Shown: one piece after another, positions 19,276 to 28,980 of the stretch
Position numbering within the stretch: the stretch's first letter is position 1
How the letters are laid out: the number at the start of each line of letters is the position of its first letter
Assembly (NCBI GenBank): GCA_040772485.1
Contig: JAXGYC010000007.1
Coordinates: 704,001 to 768,000 of the forward strand
Direction: 5' to 3'
DNA from: Sedimentisphaerales bacterium
Lineage (GTDB): Bacteria; Planctomycetota; Phycisphaerae; Sedimentisphaerales; Anaerobacaceae
Length of the DNA stretch: 64,000 bases
The notes under the pieces: generated by a model
The model's database searches: none
Seen by the model: only the letters and a program-made list of their open reading frames with translations
Told to the model about the DNA's origin: nothing
Translations under genes and position numbers: made by a program

Positions 19276-19290
19276 TTGCAAAATGTAAAA
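19267..19290. promoter_or_regulatory. Perfect 24-bp palindromic operator overlapping -10/+1
   Basis: TTTTACATTTTG|CAAAATGTAAAA. Confidence 0.7.
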
Positions 19291-19558
19291 GGCGTTCTCT
19301 GCGGTCGCCGCAGACAGGTGCAAGGCGTTTGGCTGTGACATGGATGGTTGGTCAGGCGTGGACGTGGCGACGGCAGATGCCGCGACAGCGTGGGTCGTGT
19401 GTCTCGGGATGCTCCGGAGCGGGAGGCCACCTCGAAAGGATGGTTTGCCTGGTTCGGAATGTGTTTGTCTCTTTCGGGTGTGGTCTCATGGGTATGCGTG
19501 GTGAGAAAGATCTCTGTGCTGCCCCCGTCGTCGGGGCGCGATCGTGAGCTGGCAAAAG

Positions 19559-19918
19559 ATGGGTCAGAGGCTACAGGTTCCCGTCAAACGCTATCGTATC
19601 GGCGACTTGGTTCGCTATAGCCCCTTTTCCCGACAAACGATCCACAACTACACCATCATGGGACTCATTCGCGAGGCGGAATGGACCGAAGGCGGGCATC
19701 GCCTCTACGATGAATCGGTGTTCGATCGTCTCTCCCGGATCATGGAACTGCGAGAGAGCATGAGTCTCAGCGAGATTCGTCGCACGCTGAATGAAGAAGA
19801 GCGAACGCAGAGAGCTGTCCACTACGACGGCAGTTGCCGATCTCGGCCGATGGAGGCCCCCGGACCGGGCAACGCCACGCCCTCTGGAGAAGATTTCCTG
19901 TCGTCCGAAGCTACATAG
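19559..19918 (+). CDS. Small MerR-family transcriptional regulator
   Basis: YRIGDL...SRQTIHNYTIMGLI...TEGGHRLY...MSLSEIR; no clear effector domain. Confidence 0.85.
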   Translation: MGQRLQVPVKRYRIGDLVRYSPFSRQTIHNYTIMGLIREAEWTEGGHRLYDESVFDRLSRIMELRESMSLSEIRRTLNEEERTQRAVHYDGSCRSRPMEAPGPGNATPSGEDFLSSEAT

Positions 19919-20206
19919 GCGTTTGTGATAAGCCGCGGCGCTCCGAGCACGCGTCTGTACCCCATGGAGGTTCGCCGCTTCATGGGGGTTGAAGGAAGAC
20001 CGAAAGGATCAAGGATGAGACATCCGGCTTCAGTGCGAGCAACACCGTTTCGTGTGCATTCCCTACTCACATGCGGATGCATTTCCGCGAATCCCCGCGA
20101 GCCTGCGACGGACAATGTCGGCTCCCATCAGACTCGTACGCATCAGCACACGTCGTGTGGCTGTGCGATTCGGACCGCGTGAGATCGTCTTGCCGAGGGA
20201 CTGCTC

Positions 20207-20698
20207 ATGGACCTGCTGTTTTCCATTCCCGACAATCTGGCGGAGTTGCTCGTGAAGATCCTGCGTTTCACGGAACTCCGTCGCGCCGTTTTGTACCAGA
20301 ACATGCACAATACGCGGACCGCGGGATACATGCCGCAGGATATGCCGGTGCTGGAGTTCGTCCACGCACTCAATGGCGCGATTGCCGAACACCTCCAGAA
20401 TCAACGCCTTCTGTTCTGCGATACGGAAAACATCAGGTTCGGTCCGAACAGCACCATGGAGATTCGTCCGCAACCGGACCCTCAGGCCAAGGCGCTGCTC
20501 GAACGGAACCGGGACGAATACATCGAGTTCCAGGTCGGCAAACTTCTTGAGAATTCGCTGAATCGGAAGATCGCCAAGGAACTGCTGGCTCTGAAATGCG
20601 GCACTCCGTGGAGCCTGACAGGGCTGCCCATCGCGGAGATCGCGGCTCCCGACAGCCCTTTTGAAGACTCGTCGACACCCCGTGAAACCACCGATTGA
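20207..20698 (+). CDS. Divergent FlgB-like (flagellar rod) protein
   Basis: RRAVLYQNMHNTRTAGYMPQD resembles the FlgB N-terminal R...NiaN..TpGY...D motif; C-terminal LLENSLN. Confidence 0.65.
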   Translation: MDLLFSIPDNLAELLVKILRFTELRRAVLYQNMHNTRTAGYMPQDMPVLEFVHALNGAIAEHLQNQRLLFCDTENIRFGPNSTMEIRPQPDPQAKALLERNRDEYIEFQVGKLLENSLNRKIAKELLALKCGTPWSLTGLPIAEIAAPDSPFEDSSTPRETTD

Positions 20699-20708
20699 CT
20701 CAGAGGCA

Positions 20709-21566
20709 ATGCCCGTAATCATGGCCAATCAAGCGGTCAATGTGCAGCAGGCGCCGGTCGGCGACCGGGCGGTCGCCCGCGTCCTGGCCGTCACCAGTGG
20801 AAAAGGCGGAGTTGGCAAGACAAACATCGCCACCAACCTCGCCCTGTGCATGGCCGCCTCCGAGAAACGAGTCCTCCTTCTCGACGCGGACATCTCGCTG
20901 GGCAATCTGGATCTCCTGCTGAACATTCGCAGCAAGTACAATATCTCGCACGTGATCAACGGGTCCAAACGCGTCGAAGACATCATCCAACTCGGTCCCC
21001 TGGGTCTTCAGATCATCTGCGGCGCATCAGGCCTGGACCAGCTCGCCGACATCAGCGAATCGGAGCAGCATCGCCTGCTTCAGCATCTTTCCGGACTGCA
21101 ACATGCCAGCGACACGATCGTAATCGACACCGCCGCGGGGATTTCCAACTCGGTCGTCAGCTTCTGCCTCGCGGCCGATCATGTGCTGGTGGTCACCACG
21201 CCGGAAGTAACCGCCATGACCGACGCCTACGGCATGATCAAGGTCCTGGTCCGAAAGCGATTCGACGGTCCGATAAGCGTTGTGGTCAACATGGCGCAAA
21301 GCATTGCCGAAGGCCGGAGTATCTACCAGCGCCTGGCCGACGTGGCGGCCCGGTTCCTTCGGGTCGACCTCTACTACGCCGGGGTCCTTCTCAAGGATGA
21401 ACGTTTGTGTGCGGCCGTACGATCCCGTCAGCCGGTCGTACTGGCCTATCCGAAGTCCCAGATTGCCAGCTCGTTCAACACTCTGGCGGCTCGTCTGGGA
21501 GGAATCGATTGCCGCCGAGCCGACGGCGGAACGTTTTTCCGGAGAGTCTTTCGGTGGCTGACCTAA
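20709..21566 (+). CDS. flhG: MinD/ParA-family ATPase, FlhG/FleN type
   Basis: VTSGKGGVGKTN, DADISLGNLD, IDTAAG, TPEVTAMTDAY; upstream of fliA. Confidence 0.85.
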   Translation: MPVIMANQAVNVQQAPVGDRAVARVLAVTSGKGGVGKTNIATNLALCMAASEKRVLLLDADISLGNLDLLLNIRSKYNISHVINGSKRVEDIIQLGPLGLQIICGASGLDQLADISESEQHRLLQHLSGLQHASDTIVIDTAAGISNSVVSFCLAADHVLVVTTPEVTAMTDAYGMIKVLVRKRFDGPISVVVNMAQSIAEGRSIYQRLADVAARFLRVDLYYAGVLLKDERLCAAVRSRQPVVLAYPKSQIASSFNTLAARLGGIDCRRADGGTFFRRVFRWLT

Positions 21567-21590
21567 AGTCTCGGCCTCCAAGGCCGATAA
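21564..21590 (+). promoter_or_regulatory. sigma28 (FliA) promoter upstream of fliA
   Basis: Exact consensus TAAA-N15-GCCGATAA; the -35 overlaps the flhG stop codon. Confidence 0.8.
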
Positions 21591-21703
21591 TGACAGATGT
21601 GGGTATCGTCTTGACCGGCGGACCTCAGGAACCGACGCCGGCCCACAGGCTTCAGAGCACGACAAAAACGGATTGCGGCTGCGACATGTAACGGAGACAA
21701 CCT

Positions 21704-22501
21704 GTGAAGACACCATCAGCGACGAAGCCCGAGAAGAAGCTCAGCATCGAAAAGGTGTGGGAGCTGTTCCACGAGAGTCGTCAGGACTGCTATCGCAACC
21801 TCCTCATGGAGCACTACCGAGATCTGGTCAGGTACGCCGCCGAACGGCTTCACAGCAAGCTTCCGGACAAGGTGGAGCTGGACGATCTCGTCAGCGCCGG
21901 CATCTTCGGCCTGATGGATGCCATCGACGCATATGACCCCGCCCGGGGCGTGAAATTCGAAACCTATTGCGCGCCGCGCATCAAGGGCTCGATTCTCGAT
22001 GAGCTGCGAAGTATGGACTGGGTGCCCCGCTTGGTGCGCGCCCGCGCCCATCAACTGGCCCGGGCCACACACGCGCTCGAGATGCACCTCGGCCGCAAAC
22101 CCGACGAGAACGAGTTGGCGGAGGAATTGGACATGGAAATGGATGAGTTCATTCGTCTCCAGCGTGACGCCAATGCCGCCAGTCTCGTCTCCCTGAGCAC
22201 CAAGTGCGGCGATGGGGATGGAGAGAAGGACGTCTACGAAATCGATGTCATCAAGGACAACCGCAGCGAAGACCCCCTTCTCGAAGCCCAGAAGCGCGAC
22301 CTGAAGAACCTCCTGACGAAAGGACTGACCCGCGCCGAAAGGCTCATCATCGTCCTGTACTACTACGAGGAGATGACGATGAAGGAAATCGGCGCGACGC
22401 TGGACCTGTCCGAGTCTCGCGTCTCGCAGATGCACTCATCGATCGTCGCGAGGCTCAAGGCCCAGATGAACACCCGTAAGAAGGAGTTTGCGGTCGAGTA
22501 G
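21704..22501 (+). CDS. fliA: FliA/WhiG family RNA polymerase sigma factor
   Basis: DDLVSAGIFGL, KFETY, RIKGSILDELRSMDWVPR, YYYEEMTMKEIG, SESRVSQMH. Confidence 0.93.
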   Translation: MKTPSATKPEKKLSIEKVWELFHESRQDCYRNLLMEHYRDLVRYAAERLHSKLPDKVELDDLVSAGIFGLMDAIDAYDPARGVKFETYCAPRIKGSILDELRSMDWVPRLVRARAHQLARATHALEMHLGRKPDENELAEELDMEMDEFIRLQRDANAASLVSLSTKCGDGDGEKDVYEIDVIKDNRSEDPLLEAQKRDLKNLLTKGLTRAERLIIVLYYYEEMTMKEIGATLDLSESRVSQMHSSIVARLKAQMNTRKKEFAVE

Positions 22502-22657
22502 AGCCGCAACGCCGAGCGACGGGACCGTCTGTTGCGGCCTTGCGATTCGCAGGCAACCTCGCCAAATCAAGTTTGTGCTCCGCGCGGCAGACTTGTGCGT
22601 TCCTCCCATACGTACGCCGCTTGCTCTTTGTCTGCGGGGATCACTTCCGGAGAGAAG

Positions 22658-22742
22658 TGCCCGGGACTGGATTCGAACCAGCACGGGCCGAAGCCCACCA
22701 GCCCCTCAAGCTGGCGCGTCTGCCAAATTCCGCCACCCGGGC
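22658..22742 (-). tRNA. tRNA-Leu (GAG)
   Basis: Reverse complement GCCCGGGTGGCGGAATTTGGCAGACGCGCCAGC-TTGAGGG-GCTGG...GGTTCGAATCCAGTCCCGGGCA; long variable arm; CCA not encoded. Confidence 0.95.
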
Positions 22743-22754
22743 AACAAGAACTCG

Positions 22755-22783
22755 ATTATCCCTGCCGGCTGGACGATTGTCAA
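22755..22783 (-). promoter_or_regulatory. sigma70 promoter of tRNA-Leu
   Basis: TTGACA-N17-GATAAT on the minus strand, 12 nt upstream of the tRNA. Confidence 0.75.
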
Positions 22784-22839
22784 CCGCGATTCGCACGGAA
22801 TGCGAAAAATGGGCGAAGGTCCGCGCCGACAGTCAGGAG

Positions 22840-23538
22840 CTACACGCCGCGACGGTCGCTCCACAGCAGCACGTGCAGGCGATGTCCGAAGCGATACCCT
22901 GTTTCCATGCACAGATGGGCAATCGCCGGGGCCCGTGCCAAGAACTCCTGCGTGGTTGCGGCCTGAGGCATCAGCAGAATGCGATCCGCCGAAACAAGCG
23001 GCAAACCGTCCACCAGCAGGCGAACCTCCTGAACATCGTCTGCGGTTTCGACCACAAACTTGAGCTGGCTGGGATATGCCTGGATCAGAGCGGCCAGGGC
23101 TTCGACGTCGAGCCGCTGCCTTTCATGGGACTCCCGGACAGCAGGGTCCAGGGGAACCGAATTGGCCATTTTGGGACTAAGGCTCATCAGATCGCACGCC
23201 AGATCGGGGACGAAAATCCCCCCTGCCGTCTCGATCGTCACGTGCATTCCATCGGCTCGCAGGCGATGCGTCAACTCCACCAGATCTTCTCTGGCCGCGA
23301 GATCCGGCCCGACCATCGGCTCGCCCCCGGTGATCACGACGTGGCCGCAGGAATGCCGCCCGACCGCCTCGACCAAGTCTGTCAGGCCATACTCCCGGCC
23401 AACTGAGAAATCCCACGCGTACTTCGTATCGCACCAGCGACATCGCAGAGGGCATCCCGCCAGCCGGACAAACACGCTCGGTGTCCCGCTGAGGATACCC
23501 TCGCCCTGCAAAGAATGGAATATCTCCGTTACGCGCAT
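22840..23538 (-). CDS. queE: 7-carboxy-7-deazaguanine synthase (radical SAM)
   Basis: EIFHSLQGEG, FVRLAGCPLRCRWCDT, VITGGEP, LSPK. Confidence 0.92.
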   Translation of the reverse strand: MRVTEIFHSLQGEGILSGTPSVFVRLAGCPLRCRWCDTKYAWDFSVGREYGLTDLVEAVGRHSCGHVVITGGEPMVGPDLAAREDLVELTHRLRADGMHVTIETAGGIFVPDLACDLMSLSPKMANSVPLDPAVRESHERQRLDVEALAALIQAYPSQLKFVVETADDVQEVRLLVDGLPLVSADRILLMPQAATTQEFLARAPAIAHLCMETGYRFGHRLHVLLWSDRRGV

Positions 23539-23549
23539 GAGAAACCCTT

Positions 23550-24254
23550 CTATCGGTCAGGGGAAACATAGGCGACCGGATCGATCAGCCCCGCCTCGGC
23601 AAAACCCTTCAATCGCAGCCGGCAGGAATCGCACCGGCCGCAGCTTCGCCCCTGGGCGTCCGGATCGTAGCAACTGTGCGTCAGAGCGTAATCGACCCGC
23701 AGTCGCGTTCCCATCCGGATGATCTGGGCTTTGGTCATCTCGATGATGGGCGTACGAATGCGGTACCGGCCCTTTCCCTCGACCGCCGCGGCAGTGGCCA
23801 AGTTGGCCATCGCTTCATAGGCGGCGATAAACTCGGCCCGGCAGTCGGGGTATCCGCTGTAATCGGTCGAATTGACGCCGATGAACAGATCGAACGCGCC
23901 AAGCACCTCCGCCCAAGCCAGAGCATAGCTGAGGAAGATCGTGTTTCTCGCCGGCACGTATGTCACGGGGATGTCTGTGGCCTTCCCGAGTGCTTCGCGA
24001 TCCTTGGGCACCTCGATACGACTGTCGGTCAGAGCCGAGCCGCCAAAGGCCGCCAGGTCGATCTCCACCACGCGTTGCTCAACGGCCCCGAGCGACTCGC
24101 AGACCCTCCGGGCGGCCTCGGTCTCCCGTCGGTGACGCTGTCCGTACAGGAACGTCAGGGCGTAGCAGGCGTACCCCTCGTGCCGGGCGATCGCCAGCGT
24201 CGTGGCCGAATCCAATCCCCCGCTCACCAACACAATGGCCTTGTTCTTCTCCAC
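23550..24254 (-). CDS. queC: 7-cyano-7-deazaguanine synthase
   Basis: [33 protein letters not shown] start with AGGAG RBS (24278 alternative). Confidence 0.95.
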   Translation of the reverse strand: MEKNKAIVLVSGGLDSATTLAIARHEGYACYALTFLYGQRHRRETEAARRVCESLGAVEQRVVEIDLAAFGGSALTDSRIEVPKDREALGKATDIPVTYVPARNTIFLSYALAWAEVLGAFDLFIGVNSTDYSGYPDCRAEFIAAYEAMANLATAAAVEGKGRYRIRTPIIEMTKAQIIRMGTRLRVDYALTHSCYDPDAQGRSCGRCDSCRLRLKGFAEAGLIDPVAYVSPDR

Positions 24255-24416
24255 AGCCTGCTCTCCTGAGATCACCATCGGGGCGTCGAGGCGTCCCGGC
24301 GGCCGCCCTGCTCGGATGGATCGACCGGCCATGGTATCGCGTCCGTCCGGCCCTGTCAAAGGGCGCGGCACGCAGCACCGACAGGCCGTTTCTGCCCTAT
24401 CCGAGCCGATTCTCAC

Positions 24417-24445
24417 TTGTCACATTCGCACCCGTGCGCTATACT
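24417..24445 (+). promoter_or_regulatory. sigma70 promoter of queF
   Basis: TTGTCA-N17-TATACT. Confidence 0.65.
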
Positions 24446-24475
24446 GGCAGGCAGAAACGCAACAAGGATCAGGGC

Positions 24476-24829
24476 ATGAGTGAACCCGGCACAATCGAGA
24501 TGTTCGACAACCCGCGTCCCGGACGCGACTACCGGATTACCATCCGTTGTCCCGAGTTCACCAGCGTCTGCCCGAAGACGGGCCAGCCGGACTTCGGAGA
24601 GATTCTCGTGGAGTACTGCCCCGACCAGCGCTGCATCGAGCTGAAGAGCCTCAAGTTCTATTTGCAGGGCTACCGGAACCGGGGCATCTTCTATGAGTCC
24701 CTGACGAACGACATTCTGGACGATCTGAGCGGCGCGTGCAAACCGCGATGGATGAAGGTGACGGCCCGCTTCACACCGCGGGGCGGCATCACCACCGATG
24801 TCGCGGCCGAATACCATGCGCAGGGTTAA
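24476..24829 (+). CDS. queF: NADPH-dependent preQ0 reductase (unimodular)
   Basis: [28 protein letters not shown]. Confidence 0.95.
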   Translation: MSEPGTIEMFDNPRPGRDYRITIRCPEFTSVCPKTGQPDFGEILVEYCPDQRCIELKSLKFYLQGYRNRGIFYESLTNDILDDLSGACKPRWMKVTARFTPRGGITTDVAAEYHAQG

Positions 24830-24850
24830 TCGCTTCATGTGAGGTCTGAC

Positions 24851-25354
24851 ATGTCCATCAAGTTTCACTGCGAGCACTGCGGCAAGAAGATCGATGCCCC
24901 CGACACCGCCGGCGGCAAGTGGGGCAAGTGTCCCGCCTGCCACAACAAGGTCTACGTCCCCCAGCCGGAGACCGAGGAGGAGGAGCTGAAACTGGCGCCG
25001 ATCGATGAGACGGAAGAAGAACGCCAGAAACGGCTCCTGGCCGAGACGTTCCAACTGACGCAGAGCATCCTCCAGGAGAAAGAGATTCCCGATGCCGGCG
25101 GGCACGCCCAACCGACGCAGGACATCAGCAGCGAGAAGATGATTGAGGCCATTGTCCGCTATCTGCGTCAGATGGCCGACGGCGACCTGGACAGCGCGCA
25201 GCGGACCGCCGAGACCATCGCCGGCAACCGCCGCAAGGCCAAAGAGATCCTCGATCAGATGTCCACCAGCGATCCGCCCGATCCGGCCCTTCATGACATC
25301 CCGCGGCAGGTGCTTTCCGGCCTGATTCGCAATCTGCGAACGCGCCTCAGTTAG
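24851..25354 (+). CDS. Zinc-ribbon domain protein
   Basis: MSIKFHCEHCGK...GKCPAC. Confidence 0.75.
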   Translation: MSIKFHCEHCGKKIDAPDTAGGKWGKCPACHNKVYVPQPETEEEELKLAPIDETEEERQKRLLAETFQLTQSILQEKEIPDAGGHAQPTQDISSEKMIEAIVRYLRQMADGDLDSAQRTAETIAGNRRKAKEILDQMSTSDPPDPALHDIPRQVLSGLIRNLRTRLS

Positions 25355-25545
25355 CACAACCTCCGGCCATCATCTGCGTCCGAAAAACGTGCCGCTCGAC
25401 ATGGAGTCTGCCGCGCTTTTCCGGGCCATTTCTCTCCCGCCCTGCGCCGGCGGCGCTGTTTGGCACACCCTCTCCCGTGGCGTACATTTTAAGTGTGGAT
25501 TCACGCACTCGGATCGACGTACGTTGACGCTTGGGGAGACCTCAC

Positions 25546-27321
25546 ATGGGCGAAGAGAACATCGCGGTGCACGTCACGCATGAAGCCGCGGGGAAAATCG
25601 GGGGAATCGGCGCCGTCCTGCAAGGCTTCTTCACGTGTCCGTCCTACCTGGACGCCATCGGCCGTTCCGTGCTGATCAGCCCGTTGTTTACGACGGAAGG
25701 CTCCGTCCAGGACCGGCTCGGGGAAGACGGAGAGGTCCTGTACTCGTCGATCGACGGCCTGATCAACCCCAGTTACAGCCACGCGTTCGGTCGAATCGAG
25801 AGCCTCTACAACGTGGGCATCGTGTACGGACGTCGCACGTTCATCGACAAGCAGACCGGCGTCTGGAGCACGCCCGAAGTGCTGCTGATCGACGTGCGCT
25901 ACATGGATCGCGGCATGCTCAACGAATTCAAGCGACGTCTCTTCGAGGAGTTCGGCATCCAGAGCCATCTGCACGAGCACCTCTGGGAGTACGAGCAGTA
26001 CGTACGCCTGGCGTCGCCGGCCATCGCCGTGCTCAAGGCGCTGGGCGCCGCCGAGGGACGAACCACCATCATCTCGCACGAGTTCATGGGCATGCCCACC
26101 GTGCTCGCGGCCCGGCTGGAACCGTACTGCAACTTCCGAACGGTGTTCTACGCACACGAGGTGGCCACGATACGGCGCATCGTCGAGGAGCATCCGGGCC
26201 ATGACACGATGTTCTACAACGTCATGGAGCGCGCCCATCGCGACCGGCTCTACGTCGGCGACGTCTTCGGGAATCAGGGCACGTATTTCAAGCACTCGCT
26301 GGTCGAAGCCTCGAAATACTGCGATCACATCTACGCGGTCGGCGATTTCGTCGCCGACGAGCTGCGTTTTCTGGCGCCCGAGTTCGAGACGGCCGACATC
26401 GACATCGTGTACAACGGGATTCCCGCGCACGAGATTCACATCGGCGAGAAGCTGGCCTCGAAGGACAAACTCCAGCGTTACTGCGAGAACCTGCTCGGAT
26501 ATCGGCCGGACTACATCTTCACTCACGTGACGCGTCTGGTCCGCAGCAAGGGACTCTGGCGGGATCTGCGCGTTCTGTCCGAGATGGATGCGACACTCAG
26601 ACAGCAGGGACAGACCGCCGTCTTTCTCCTGCTCAGCACGGAAGTCTCACGCCGACGCAGTTGCGACATTCATCGCATGGAATCGACCTACGGCTGGCCC
26701 GTCGCCCACCGTGAGGGCTGGCCGGACCTGTCCGGCGGGGAGGCCGACTTCCACACGGCCATTCAGCAGTTCAACGCCCGCAGCAGAAACATCAAGGCCG
26801 TCTTCATCAACCAGTTCGGCTTCGACCCGAAATCCTGCGGCAGCCACATGCCGGCCGACATCGAATTCCTCGACATTCGAAAAGGCAGCGACGTGGAGTT
26901 CGGTCAGAGCATCTACGAGCCGTTTGGCATCGCCCAGCTCGAGCCGCTCACCTACGGCAGTCTCTGCGTGTTCACGGGCGTCTGCGGCTGTGCCGGCTTC
27001 GTTCGCGACGTGACGGGCGGACAAGCGGTCAGAAACGTCCTCCTGGCCGACTACACCGATCTAGGCGATCATCCGTATCGCGACGTCGAAGACCTCCTCC
27101 AGATCGACCGTCAGGTGCGCGATCGCATTGAAGCCGCCGAGGCCGCCCGGCTCGCGAGGGAAATCCTGGAGCATCTGCCCAAGAACGAAGCGGAGCTCGA
27201 CGGGATGATCTGCGAGGGATATCGTCTGGCCTACAACATGAGTTGGGATGTGGTGGTGCGCAAGTACCTGCTCAACGATCTGTCGCGAGGCTCCCAGAAG
27301 CAGCTTTCGTGCCGCAACTGA
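25546..27321 (+). CDS. GT3-like glycogen synthase / GT-B glycosyltransferase
   Basis: HEAAGKIGGI (cf. EVANKVGGI), HEFMG, YAHE, SIYEPFGIAQLE. Confidence 0.7.
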   Translation: MGEENIAVHVTHEAAGKIGGIGAVLQGFFTCPSYLDAIGRSVLISPLFTTEGSVQDRLGEDGEVLYSSIDGLINPSYSHAFGRIESLYNVGIVYGRRTFIDKQTGVWSTPEVLLIDVRYMDRGMLNEFKRRLFEEFGIQSHLHEHLWEYEQYVRLASPAIAVLKALGAAEGRTTIISHEFMGMPTVLAARLEPYCNFRTVFYAHEVATIRRIVEEHPGHDTMFYNVMERAHRDRLYVGDVFGNQGTYFKHSLVEASKYCDHIYAVGDFVADELRFLAPEFETADIDIVYNGIPAHEIHIGEKLASKDKLQRYCENLLGYRPDYIFTHVTRLVRSKGLWRDLRVLSEMDATLRQQGQTAVFLLLSTEVSRRRSCDIHRMESTYGWPVAHREGWPDLSGGEADFHTAIQQFNARSRNIKAVFINQFGFDPKSCGSHMPADIEFLDIRKGSDVEFGQSIYEPFGIAQLEPLTYGSLCVFTGVCGCAGFVRDVTGGQAVRNVLLADYTDLGDHPYRDVEDLLQIDRQVRDRIEAAEAARLAREILEHLPKNEAELDGMICEGYRLAYNMSWDVVVRKYLLNDLSRGSQKQLSCRN

Positions 27322-27393
27322 CCGGCGTCCCGTCGCGCCGGCCGATTCCTGCTGCGCTCTCATACGGATTGGGGTTTATTCGTGCGCTCCGCC

Positions 27394-27509
27394 TTGTCGT
27401 CCTGAACGAAGTGAAGAGCCTGCCCTGAGCTTGCCGAAGGGATCTGGGCGGCGAATGAGAAGAACGTTTCATACCATGACCAGATCCTTCGCGAGGCTCA
27501 GGATGACAA
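27394..27509. repeat. REP-like palindromic element, copy 1
   Basis: TTGTCGTCCTGA...GGATCTGG / CCAGATCC...TCAGGATGACAA; between convergent genes. Confidence 0.75.
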
Positions 27510-27544
27510 AGTCACTTCCGCGCGAGGACTCTTCCTAATCCGTA

Positions 27545-28744
27545 TCACATGGCCCCGGTCTGGGCGAAGACGTCGTACCCCTGGCCGTCGGGTGGTTCGG
27601 CGATCCAGACCACCACGTAGCGACCGTCGGGCGCCATCGCCGCACCCGGATACCAGTTCCGGCGCGCGCCCTCAACATGCAACGCCGATTCACAGTCCAC
27701 CAGGCCCCCTGCCCCGGTGCAAAGCTGGCTTCGCACGCAGCAGCCATCTCCACTCGGATCGTGGCAATCCCAGAGGATCAGGAATCGATCGCTGCCGTCG
27801 GACGTGACGCAGGGGCGTCCCTGGTTGCCTTCCGTGCAGGTGTTGACGATGTAGGGCGGCGTCACCGGTTGGGCATCGGCGTCGAACGGCTGAGCGCAGA
27901 TGTTGTAGGGGAAAGGACCGATGGCCCAGGCAACCACGAACCGCCCGTCGCGACCGGCCGCCACGGACGGGCCATACCACCGGCTGTTCAGGTCGTCTGT
28001 CAATGACTTCTCCGGCCCCAACGGCGTCCCATCCGCATCGAATTGACGGACCCGGATGTATTCGCCGTAGGGGCGATTGTAGGTGTCGCCCATCCGAATC
28101 CAGGCGACGACGAACCGTCCCGCCTCGTCGATCGCGACATCGGGCCATTTCTGCTGTGGCTGGTCGCTGATCTCGAAGGGTTCCACCAGGGACGCTCCGT
28201 CGGCCCCGTAAACGCGGACCGCCGCGTAGCTCCTGCCGGTGTAGGAATTGCCGTACCAGTCGGTCCAGACGACAACGAAGGTCCCGGCGGAATTCACCGC
28301 GATCTTGGGGTCTGATTCAGCGACGTCCGCTGAATCCGCCACCGCCAGTTCTTCCGTCAGGGCTTCTCCCTGGGCATCGAATCGGCGCAAAACGACGTTG
28401 CGATCGCCCTGCCTGGCCGCAACCCATGCGACCACGAACTCGCCGGAAGGGGCCATCGCCACCGCCGCCGTCCAGTTGTCCACGTCCACCTCGGAAAGGT
28501 TGACCTTGAACTCGTCGTCCAGCGCGGTTCCGTCGGCGCCGAACCGGCGGCCGAACACCCCGCCGCCCCGCCCGTCGGCCACGTGGCTGCGCCAGACCAC
28601 CACGAATTCGCCGTCGTCGTTCATGGCCACCGCCGGATGCGTCTGATGGTGTGGGCCGTAGCCGTTTACCTGGATTTGTGCAAAGGCGCCTGCCGCCAAA
28701 GCCAGGGCAATTCCAATGGATGCGCAAATTCTCCGCCTGTACAT
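27545..28744 (-). CDS. Secreted repeat (beta-propeller-like) protein
   Basis: Signal peptide; about 7 P-x-VA...G-x-FVV-x-W repeats. Confidence 0.75.
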   Translation of the reverse strand: MYRRRICASIGIALALAAGAFAQIQVNGYGPHHQTHPAVAMNDDGEFVVVWRSHVADGRGGGVFGRRFGADGTALDDEFKVNLSEVDVDNWTAAVAMAPSGEFVVAWVAARQGDRNVVLRRFDAQGEALTEELAVADSADVAESDPKIAVNSAGTFVVVWTDWYGNSYTGRSYAAVRVYGADGASLVEPFEISDQPQQKWPDVAIDEAGRFVVAWIRMGDTYNRPYGEYIRVRQFDADGTPLGPEKSLTDDLNSRWYGPSVAAGRDGRFVVAWAIGPFPYNICAQPFDADAQPVTPPYIVNTCTEGNQGRPCVTSDGSDRFLILWDCHDPSGDGCCVRSQLCTGAGGLVDCESALHVEGARRNWYPGAAMAPDGRYVVVWIAEPPDGQGYDVFAQTGAM

Positions 28745-28980
28745 GGTCGTACTCCCGCCAGCTTCCCTGTGTAGATGGAATCTCGTCTAAACCTACACTC
28801 GCACTACTTCCCACACCCCGCCGTGGGCGTCTACGTAATAAGACGCAATGGGGCACACATTGTTACAAAAAAAGAGGCAGAAAAATGGGCTTGTGCTCCG
28901 GGAGCAAGTCTGCCTGGCGTGCAGCCTTCGTGTCGAACCGGCAAGGGCGGCCTCGGGCCGAGACCTCTTGTCTGAGCGGC

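Noticed and set aside
22500..22742. tRNA-Leu as the integration site of an island containing the fliA module
   Set aside because: No integrase and no duplicated tRNA 3' end seen in the window
22840..24829. queE/queC/queF as a 7-deazaguanine DNA-modification (dpd) defence island or preQ1-riboswitch locus
   Set aside because: No dpdA/tgt-like or restriction genes nearby; queF points to ordinary tRNA queuosine synthesis; no preQ1 aptamer recognisable in the divergent gap
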